The notes under the pieces: generated by a model
What the model was told of the DNA's origin: nothing
Database searches by the model: none
Seen by the model: only the letters and a program-made list of their open reading frames with translations
Shown: piece after piece, positions 1 through 7,526 of the stretch
Layout of the letters: each line of letters begins with the position of its first letter
Numbering within the stretch: position 1 is the stretch's first letter
Made by a program: the position numbers and the translations under genes
Assembly (NCBI GenBank): GCA_034679225.1
Contig: JAXDBC010000074.1
Location: 2,009-66,008, forward strand
Length of the DNA: 64,000 nt
Source: Bacteroidales bacterium
Lineage (GTDB): Bacteria > Bacteroidota > Bacteroidia > Bacteroidales > VadinHA17
Direction: 5' to 3'

Positions 1-2
1 AT

Positions 3-2552
3 TCGGCCATAAGCAAAACCGACGGCAGTTATTCGCTCAGGATATCCAATATTTATGAGAACATTTCGCATCTGATGGAAGTCGGCACACCTTATCCCAA
101 TCCCTTCAGCTATTCGGTCAACATACCTTTTATAATAAACAGCCGCGGGGATATCAGGCTGGCTGTCTACAACTATTCAGGGAAGAAGGTGATGGAAGAG
201 CTTTTCAGGTCAGTTGAAGCCGGAAGTTATCACATAGTATGGGACGGTTGCAACCAGGGAGGGGCTCCCCAGCCCAATGGCTTATATTTCTACTCCATCA
301 GCTTTGGCGGCAAAACCCTCTCGGGCAAGCTTGTCAAGGCCCGGGGTTTTTCAGGCTATTCCGCGGGTACGGCCATTGAGCCTGATATGATGCCGCCCAC
401 CATACCAACCACTCCAGGAGAGTTCAGGTTCCCCGTGGCAACAATAGTTCAGTGCGACAATTACTACCCCGTCAGGCTTACCGACATAACGATAGCCCGC
501 GACACCATTATCGACTTTGAACTTACCCCCAGGCAGGAACTGCCTTTCAAGACATCGGGCAACCATATCGCGATGCATACCGGTAACGGATACCGGCCGC
601 TGATTCTGAAGGGAATTAACCTGGGCTCCTCACCTCCCGGATATTTCCCCGGCGAGATAGGCTATGCTCTTGCTCCCATGGTATATGAGAACTGGATAAG
701 GGAAATGGCAGAAGCCGGATTCAACAGCATAAGGGTATATACCCTCCATCCGCCTGTTTTCTATGAAAAACTTGCAAACTACAATGAAAGGCATCCTGAT
801 AATCCCCTGCTTCTTTTTCAGGGGATATGGCTCGACGAGGTTGAGGATCCGCGTAATCCCGAATCGTACGACCTGCTTAACCGGGAAAACAATTTCAGAA
901 AAGACATTAAGGAGATCATCGATTGCGTCAACGGAAAGGGCGACATAGGTTACAGGTACGGCAAGGCCTACGGAAGATACCTGACCGACGTGTCGAGATG
1001 GACCGCGGGTTATGTGATTGGAAGGGAGATAAGCCCTCAGGAAGTTGACACAACCAATAACAGGAATCCATCAGTGACATCATTCAACGGAAGGTACCTG
1101 AGCATCAGCGGAGGAAAGGCCAGTGAGGTATTCTGCGCGAGGATGCTGGAACAGACCATTCTATATGAAGCCGACAACTATTCAACAAGGAGACCTGTCA
1201 GCATTTCGAGCTGGCCGACCCTCGATCCACTGTCGCATCCGACAGAGATCCATACCGATGAGGACAAGGCACACTACGATATAACAAAGATCAGCCTCAA
1301 CATGCCTGAACCTGGAATTTTTGCATCCTACCATGCCTATCCCTATTACCCGAACTTCATAAGCGAACAGCCTTCCTACCTTGGCTACAGCGACGAGCAC
1401 GGGCCCAACAGCTATCTTGGCTATCTGCACGATCTGAAGGATCATTATTCCGGTATGCCCCTGGTAATAGCCGAATTCGGGGTGCCGTCGAGCTGGGGAA
1501 GCGCTCACCAGTCGTACAGCGACATGCACCACGGAGGCTACTCGGAAAAGCAGCAGGGAGAAAAGAACATGAGGCTGATGCATAATATTCTCGACGCGGG
1601 TTGCGCGGGTGGATTCATGTTTGCATGGATGGACGAATGGTTCAAGCCTACCTGGATTGTCAGTTATCTCGAAGCCTATGGAACCAATATGGGCGGGAAC
1701 CTTATACCAACAAGGCAGCTCTGGCATAATCTTACTTCGCCGGAACAGAATTTCGGCCTTGTTTCATTCGACCAGAGAAACGTCGATCCCTTCATTTCAT
1801 ACCAGATCAGTCATCCCGGTGGCCCGGTGCGAAAAATAAACGCGACACACGATAACAGCTTCTTCTTCCTCGACATTGAAGCAGGAAGGCAGCTTGAAGC
1901 CGGTGATACAGTGATGGTTGCCTTCGATACTTATCTGGCAAATCTCGGCGAATCGAGGCTTCCCAACGGCAAAATACTTGACAACAGGTCGGAATTCCTC
2001 ATGACAATGGTATTATCGCAGGACACTGCGCTATATCATGTCACCCAGGCCTATGACATGAACGGACTCACTCCTCGTTTTGATCTGTCAAACCACGCTG
2101 TCCAGAGGTACAGGAGCACTGTCACCGACGGGGCTCCATGGGTGCTGATGTACTGGTACAACGACGGTTTTAAACCGGATGGCCAGTATATCGGCAAATT
2201 CCCGATGGAAAACTCCCCGGATTTCACTTTCGGCGAGATGACGGCAGTGGCATGGAGCGGAAACAAAATAAGAATCCGGGTTCCGTGGACCCTGCTTTAC
2301 TTCTACGATCCTACACAGATGAGAGTGATCGACGGAGCCGTATCATACGATGGCGGATACAATTATGTCATCTCCACAACTGAATCCGACGGCATTGCAG
2401 TATCGGTATACCTCGATAAAAACGTCACTTCAACAGTCAGCAGGTACAATTGGGAGAAATGGCTGACGGTGCCGTCAACAGTGTCGAGGGAAAAGAAATC
2501 GCTTGAAATAGTAAGGAGCGGATTGACAGCAATCCCGCGATTTAACGACTGA
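3..2552 (+). CDS. Secreted glycoside-hydrolase-like multidomain protein, 5' end outside the window. It has a T9SS-CTD/FlgD-like Ig domain, then a clan GH-A-like TIM barrel, then a C-terminal beta-sandwich region.
   Basis: The reading frame is open from nt 3, with no stop before the tracked ATG at 75, so the gene starts upstream. Tracked aa 7-90 (YPNPFSYSVNIPF..LAVYNYSGKKV..HIVWDG..NGLYFYSISFGGKTLSGKLV) fit the T9SS type-A sorting / FlgD Ig-like pattern. Downstream, LILKGINLG, NSIRVYTLHPP, GYVIGREISPQE, PLVIAEFGVPSSWG and GGFMFAWMDEWFK look like strand-end motifs of a (beta/alpha)8 retaining hydrolase. Confidence 0.6.
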   Translation, partial: SAISKTDGSYSLRISNIYENISHLMEVGTPYPNPFSYSVNIPFIINSRGDIRLAVYNYSGKKVMEELFRSVEAGSYHIVWDGCNQGGAPQPNGLYFYSISFGGKTLSGKLVKARGFSGYSAGTAIEPDMMPPTIPTTPGEFRFPVATIVQCDNYYPVRLTDITIARDTIIDFELTPRQELPFKTSGNHIAMHTGNGYRPLILKGINLGSSPPGYFPGEIGYALAPMVYENWIREMAEAGFNSIRVYTLHPPVFYEKLANYNERHPDNPLLLFQGIWLDEVEDPRNPESYDLLNRENNFRKDIKEIIDCVNGKGDIGYRYGKAYGRYLTDVSRWTAGYVIGREISPQEVDTTNNRNPSVTSFNGRYLSISGGKASEVFCARMLEQTILYEADNYSTRRPVSISSWPTLDPLSHPTEIHTDEDKAHYDITKISLNMPEPGIFASYHAYPYYPNFISEQPSYLGYSDEHGPNSYLGYLHDLKDHYSGMPLVIAEFGVPSSWGSAHQSYSDMHHGGYSEKQQGEKNMRLMHNILDAGCAGGFMFAWMDEWFKPTWIVSYLEAYGTNMGGNLIPTRQLWHNLTSPEQNFGLVSFDQRNVDPFISYQISHPGGPVRKINATHDNSFFFLDIEAGRQLEAGDTVMVAFDTYLANLGESRLPNGKILDNRSEFLMTMVLSQDTALYHVTQAYDMNGLTPRFDLSNHAVQRYRSTVTDGAPWVLMYWYNDGFKPDGQYIGKFPMENSPDFTFGEMTAVAWSGNKIRIRVPWTLLYFYDPTQMRVIDGAVSYDGGYNYVISTTESDGIAVSVYLDKNVTSTVSRYNWEKWLTVPSTVSREKKSLEIVRSGLTAIPRFND

Positions 2553-3981
2553 AATTACCGTCAACAACTCGGGTACGGGCTTTCTTCTTCTTGCCGAAGC
2601 CTGAACGCTCAGCTTTTCCCCATCCCTTCTTGCCTCTCAGGGCTTCCAGGTTACCCCTCACTGCAAAGTATGTATGAACAGGGTAAAAGAAAGGCTCGAG
2701 GAAGGCTATACCGACAAGCTTCAGGACATCTCTTTTGCTCTTGTACTTGTGGAAGGTGATCTCTTCAAACAGTATGGCCCAGGTCGAAAGGCTGACGGCA
2801 AAGGAATAGACGAACAGGAAGAGCAGGAGATAGAACGGCCAGTTCAGTGAATCGCGTACAATAAGATATATGGTATAGATAAAACCTGCGAAAGCTATGA
2901 GAGGCGCCATCCATTCAAAGAAGAACCAGTAGGGATAACCCAGGAGGCCAAGCCGCCCGTACTGACTGTTAAGGAACATCTTGCGGTGAGTACGTAGTGA
3001 TTCAATAAGCCCGCGGGTCCATCGGGTCCTTTGTTTCCTCATCGACTTAAGGTCGGAAGGAACTTCAGTCCAGCAAAGCGGATCGGGTATATATGTAACT
3101 TCGTATTTCGTATCATTCTCAGCCATGTAACGCCTCATCCTGAGAACCAGTTCCATGTCTTCCCCGACAGTCTTTACACTGTAACCGCCGGCCTTGATAA
3201 CCGTTTCCCTGTCGAACAGACCCATTGCTCCCGAGATAAGCATCAGCCCGTCGAGCTGGCTCCATGCCATTCGTCCCAGAAGAAATGCCCTCGTGTATTC
3301 AAGAACCTGAAGACGAGGCAGAAAGTTGGAAGGAATCTTTATCTCCTTGATATGTCCCCTCTCAACTTCGCAGGAATTGACTATCCTGATAACACCACCC
3401 GTACCGATGACTTTCTTATCCTTCTCCTCAAGAAAAGGCTTAACCAGCTTCAGTATGGAATCGGCTTCAATTATAGAGTCGGCATCAATAGATACAAAAA
3501 GGTCGCTGTGGCAGATGTTTATTCCGGCATTGAGCGAATCGGCCTTGCCCCCGTTATTCTTGTCAATAATGGTGAGCCGGTTGTACGACGGATTCTTTGA
3601 GCGGTAAACACCCCTTATCCTTTCACAAGGGATCCTGTAGTCAAAATAATAGTTAACCTTAACAAGATCGTATGCTTCCTTCATCAGCTCAAAGGTGTCG
3701 TCGGTTGAACCGTCATTCACGATTATAACCTCAAAGTTGTTGTAGTAGAGTGACAAAAGGGTGCGTACGTTGTCTATGATAGTCTTGCTTTCATTAAAGG
3801 CGGGTGCAATGATGGAAATCTTCGGACTGAGGGGTGACAGCACGAGCGAGTTGTAATTGACAAAGCTGTTCTTGCGAAGGTACTTTCTCAACGCTATCGC
3901 TGAAAAGATTCCCAAAAGCAGGTAGCTTGCAAAAAGGAACAGCGTCAGATAAAATATTATATGTGCAAAAAATATTCCCAT
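2542..3981 (-). CDS. Processive family-2 glycosyltransferase (membrane-embedded polysaccharide synthase, PgaC/IcaA/BcsA-like class)
   Basis: N-terminal TM helix. GT-A core motifs are IIAPAFNE, VIIVNDGSTDDT, SIDADS and VGEDMEL. The QxxRW processivity motif is present as QRTRW and is followed by several C-terminal TM helices. Confidence 0.85.
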   Translation of the reverse strand: MGIFFAHIIFYLTLFLFASYLLLGIFSAIALRKYLRKNSFVNYNSLVLSPLSPKISIIAPAFNESKTIIDNVRTLLSLYYNNFEVIIVNDGSTDDTFELMKEAYDLVKVNYYFDYRIPCERIRGVYRSKNPSYNRLTIIDKNNGGKADSLNAGINICHSDLFVSIDADSIIEADSILKLVKPFLEEKDKKVIGTGGVIRIVNSCEVERGHIKEIKIPSNFLPRLQVLEYTRAFLLGRMAWSQLDGLMLISGAMGLFDRETVIKAGGYSVKTVGEDMELVLRMRRYMAENDTKYEVTYIPDPLCWTEVPSDLKSMRKQRTRWTRGLIESLRTHRKMFLNSQYGRLGLLGYPYWFFFEWMAPLIAFAGFIYTIYLIVRDSLNWPFYLLLFLFVYSFAVSLSTWAILFEEITFHKYKSKRDVLKLVGIAFLEPFFYPVHTYFAVRGNLEALRGKKGWGKAERSGFGKKKKARTRVVDGNFSR

Positions 3982-3986
3982 GGCTT

Positions 3987-5627
3987 CTAGAAAATTCTTC
4001 GGTCAAGCACGTGCCTGACGATAATGTTGTAATTCTTGTACTCCGACTTCATAAGCTTGACAAGAGTCTTGACACCTTCCTCGCCGTTGTTCTCAATAGC
4101 CTTCGTGGCTTCGATCTGAAGCTGCACATCATCCTCCTTATCGAGAACAAGCTTAAGGAATCCCAGAAGTGAAGGATCGGGCATCTTGGCCATAGCCTTG
4201 ATGATCTCAAGACAGGTTGCGTTATCCTGCGACTTGTACATCCTCTTCAACACATCCAGAGTGGAACGGAATTCCAGATCGCCGGTAACTTCAACTGCCA
4301 GCTTGCGGACTTCCTGCGACTGATGTTCCAGTGTCTCCCTGACATCATCCTCTGCATCCCGCTGCCTGAATTCCCTTATCATGCGGAGAGCAAACATTAC
4401 GACAGTCGGATTTGCTGCCCTGAGGAACTTCTTGAACTCGGGCACAGGCAGGTCATGCTGAATCATAAGCTCATGAAGTGTTATCTGCTCCCATAATGAG
4501 AAAGGCCTTTCCAGATGGAAGAGGAAGCCGAAAGGATCCTCATTGGTAAGCCTGACAAGAGCTATCTGGGCCTCCATCCTGAGAATTTCATTCCTGGAGT
4601 TCAGAGCCTTGTAGATAGCATCATTGGCATCCTTGATATTCATAAAGGCAAGTTCCCGGAAACCCTTTATCTTCTTATGCCAGCGATAGTCGTGGGCACG
4701 CCTGATAGAATCCCTGTCAAGACCGAGATAAAGATACAGGCTGCCAAGCTTCTCCGCGGCATCTCCCTTCAGGTTAACACTGACATCTATCATCTGGTCG
4801 ATCAGCGACTGCCTTCTGTAGTTGTCGGAGGCAATGCTCCGGAATTTGTCCGGACTGCTTCCCGTGAACAGGTAATCAATGATCATCCCCTGATAGGTCT
4901 CGGCAAGATACTGTCTGAGATCCTCCTCCTTCTCCATCCTTCGCCTGTTAAGAAGGATGACAATCAGAAGGATTATCATCGTGGTAAATGAAATGAAAAT
5001 GGTAATTATCAGGGCATTGACAAGCGTGTACGACTTGCCGAAATAGTTGATCCTCTTCAGCCAGGGGCTCTCGGAATTCAGAAGGAAAAAACTCGGGGGC
5101 TCAACCTCAACAGGTTCCACGGCAGGTTCAGGCAATTCAACATGGGGAGGAACAGCCACCCTGGCTTCCTCCTGAAGCGTGTCGGCGGAAGCGGTATTTA
5201 CAGTGTCGCCAGCAACAAGCCGCGGTTCCGCAAGCCCTTCCTGCTGTACAGCTTCTTCCTCCGGGGGCTCAAGATAAGCCCTGACCTTGTCGAGATTAAG
5301 CTTTGTGACCCTTACCTTGAAGTAACCGTCTTCCTCAATTAATGTAACATCATCCCCGATCACTCCGGAAACATCATTGAACATCTTCTCGGCATTCGAT
5401 TTCACCCGGAATGCACCTATCTGAATCGGATAGAAATCCTTCGAAAGATCAACTATGTCGTTTAACTTCTCCTCATCGTTCCCTGACGTGATCAGAAAAG
5501 CCCCGTCGGCTACGTAAACCGGTTCGGGATGTATTCTTTTAATCGGGGAATAGTCGGCTGAATTGCCTGCCCGCAGGACACTGAACACAAGAAGTGACAA
5601 TATTGCAATTACACGGTGTTTCATCAC
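3987..5627 (-). CDS. Bitopic membrane protein with a periplasmic SPOR-like domain, a Pro/Glu-rich linker, one TM helix and a cytoplasmic HEAT-repeat domain
   Basis: Signal peptide MMKHRVIAILSLLVFSVLRAG. SPOR-like segment YPIQIGAFRVKSNAEKMFNDVSG..DGYFKVRVTKL. Linker EPPEEEAVQQ..PEPAVEPVEVEPP. TM helix LVNALIITIFISFTTMIILLIVILL. The remainder is helical repeats typical of HEAT/PBS-lyase proteins (..NPTVVMFALRMI.., ..EVRKLAVEVTGDL.., ..ATCLEIIKAMAKM.., ..VQLQIEATKAIE..). The start overlaps the stop of the upstream gene (GTGATGA). Confidence 0.6.
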   Translation of the reverse strand: MMKHRVIAILSLLVFSVLRAGNSADYSPIKRIHPEPVYVADGAFLITSGNDEEKLNDIVDLSKDFYPIQIGAFRVKSNAEKMFNDVSGVIGDDVTLIEEDGYFKVRVTKLNLDKVRAYLEPPEEEAVQQEGLAEPRLVAGDTVNTASADTLQEEARVAVPPHVELPEPAVEPVEVEPPSFFLLNSESPWLKRINYFGKSYTLVNALIITIFISFTTMIILLIVILLNRRRMEKEEDLRQYLAETYQGMIIDYLFTGSSPDKFRSIASDNYRRQSLIDQMIDVSVNLKGDAAEKLGSLYLYLGLDRDSIRRAHDYRWHKKIKGFRELAFMNIKDANDAIYKALNSRNEILRMEAQIALVRLTNEDPFGFLFHLERPFSLWEQITLHELMIQHDLPVPEFKKFLRAANPTVVMFALRMIREFRQRDAEDDVRETLEHQSQEVRKLAVEVTGDLEFRSTLDVLKRMYKSQDNATCLEIIKAMAKMPDPSLLGFLKLVLDKEDDVQLQIEATKAIENNGEEGVKTLVKLMKSEYKNYNIIVRHVLDRRIF

Positions 5628-6727
5628 TTCATTTTAATTGCGTAAATAAGATGTGCATTGCCTTCGAACCTGTTTCTCCAGGTCGGACCAGCCTCCCCGT
5701 CGTATTGTTCGCGTGAATAACCTGCCCCCAGCCTGATAGTAAATCGTCCGTTAACCGCGAAGTTATAGGCAAGTCGCACGCTGTGGGCATTCAACCTGTT
5801 TATATCTTCCCTTATATTATAAGGTTCGTCCGGAGCTGTTCCGGTGCCAAGGGTAAGCTGCAGGTAATTGAAATCGGTAAAGTAGCGGCGTGCATTCAGA
5901 TAGAATGAGGTTCTCGGACCGTCATCCTTGAAATACACGTAACACTTGCCCGACAACCAGTACTTGCCTATATACTTCTCAACAGATGCAAGGCCTATGA
6001 AGATGTTCCTGTCGAAGTAATAGTAATTGAGCCCAGCCGAAATCCCCCAGCCTTTGGGAAGTATCTCCCAGAACTCGAAAGCTCCCCTGTGTGTCGGGAA
6101 GTAATTGCCCGGGCTGTAGGCATAGGCTACATAAGCATAATTCTTATCCGAGATCCTGGGATAAGCCTCCGCCTCAACCTGGAACTCAGTGGCATAAATA
6201 TTGGTTTCAGGATCCGTTATCAGGTTGCCGATATTGACGCCGGCCGCTGCAGGACCCCATCCGAAACGGTGGCCTGCACCAACATTGAAGACCTGCCAGA
6301 ACCTGGTATAGGGTTCTTCGAAATAATCAAAGGAATAGCCTGTCCGGAAATCCGTTTCCACAGCAGTGTTGTCCTTCGACCATAGAGAGATGTCGCGCCT
6401 GGCCGACAGTGCATCGGCATTATCCGGTTCGGTAAGAAGAAGTGTGTCGATAACGGCTGCTGCTTCATCATAGTTCTTCTGCCAGGCAAGAATCCTTCCC
6501 AGAAGTATCCTTACATCACCATATTCGGGATAAGCCTTAAGCAGCTTCCTTGCATCAGCCGCGGCTTCTTCAAGCTTGCCTTCAAAGGCCATAGTTCTTA
6601 TCCTGAGATATTCGGCTTCAGGATTGATGATTTCCTGATTAGCGGCTACCTGGGCAGAAAGCGGATTAAGCCCCGATAAAACCGCGATCAGGCCCCCAAC
6701 AAGAAGCAATATGACGAATCTTCTCAT
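5624..6727 (-). CDS. Outer-membrane protein with an N-terminal TPR domain and a C-terminal beta-barrel (YaiO/NfrA-C-like porin candidate)
   Basis: Signal peptide MRRFVILLLVGGLIAVLSGLNPLSAQ. TPR-like helices (EYLRIRTMAFEGKLEEAAADARKLLKAYPEYGDVRILLGRILAWQKNYDEAAAVIDTLLLTEPDNADAL). These are followed by about 240 aa of alternating aromatic/Gly-rich beta-strand sequence (YSFDYFE.., GAGHRFGWG.., YAYVAYAYSPG.., SAGLNYYYF.., RLAYNFAVN..). Confidence 0.6.
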   Translation of the reverse strand: MRRFVILLLVGGLIAVLSGLNPLSAQVAANQEIINPEAEYLRIRTMAFEGKLEEAAADARKLLKAYPEYGDVRILLGRILAWQKNYDEAAAVIDTLLLTEPDNADALSARRDISLWSKDNTAVETDFRTGYSFDYFEEPYTRFWQVFNVGAGHRFGWGPAAAGVNIGNLITDPETNIYATEFQVEAEAYPRISDKNYAYVAYAYSPGNYFPTHRGAFEFWEILPKGWGISAGLNYYYFDRNIFIGLASVEKYIGKYWLSGKCYVYFKDDGPRTSFYLNARRYFTDFNYLQLTLGTGTAPDEPYNIREDINRLNAHSVRLAYNFAVNGRFTIRLGAGYSREQYDGEAGPTWRNRFEGNAHLIYAIKMK

Positions 6728-6730
6728 AAT

Positions 6731-7090
6731 CTATTTGTTGAGTAATGATTTAATCCTCGAAACCAGGTCGCTGGGATTAAAAGGCTTCACTATGTAATCA
6801 CTGATTCCCAGTTCTCCTGCCTGCCGCTGCATCTGATGGTCGCTGAATGCCGTAAGTATAATGACCGGAGTGTCCTTGCCCTGTTCCGACCTTACAAACT
6901 TTATCAGTTCGAGACCGCTCCTGTAGGGCAGGTGTATGTCAATAACCAGCAAATCATAATCATTCTTCTGCAGCATCTCAATCCCCTCATTGCCGTCTTC
7001 TGCCACATCGGCATCAAATCCTTCCCTCTCCAGAATGACTGAGAGAGTTTTCATTGCCATAGGATTGTCTTCACATATCAATATCTTCAT
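6731..7090 (-). CDS. Stand-alone response regulator receiver protein (CheY-like, no output domain)
   Basis: 119 aa. Acidic pocket E7-D8, predicted phospho-acceptor D51 (LLVIDIHLP), T80 (VIILTAF) and K102 (YIVKPF). Confidence 0.9.
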   Translation of the reverse strand: MKILICEDNPMAMKTLSVILEREGFDADVAEDGNEGIEMLQKNDYDLLVIDIHLPYRSGLELIKFVRSEQGKDTPVIILTAFSDHQMQRQAGELGISDYIVKPFNPSDLVSRIKSLLNK

Positions 7091-7526
7091 TATCAGAACA
7101 CAGGATTAAGATTAACTAACAAAATCATGCTCCGCCGATTATATGCTGATAGTAGGGTCAAATTTGGGGAAATTATTTAGCCCCGCAAAAGAAATGTATT
7201 GATATTTGACCTCCTGTACATTTTCGACGACCAACGTAACAGTTTTATGTGACCAAATCATAACCCATTATGCATTTTTCCCCTATCCAGGGCCCCGTTG
7301 CTGCCTATGACATCAGCGCTTTCCCGGTTTATACGGTTCCCGCGCGCTGCCTGCCGGGGCATTCCCTGGTCAGATTAAGCAAATCAGCTTAATCAGATTA
7401 TAAAACTCAATTATCACTTCAATTATTGTCACGAATCCGATCAATACAGGAAGTTTTTCAGTCAGTTACCGGAATTCATGGGCGCTTATCCGGCTGCTCA
7501 GCCTTTACTTATTCCCTGTACGTAAT

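Noticed and set aside
3031-3607. Plus-strand ORFs of 189 aa and 93 aa inside the GT2 synthase gene
   Set aside because: They are antisense shadow ORFs with Arg/Cys/His/Pro-rich, motif-free translations. The minus-strand frame carries a complete GT2 motif set.
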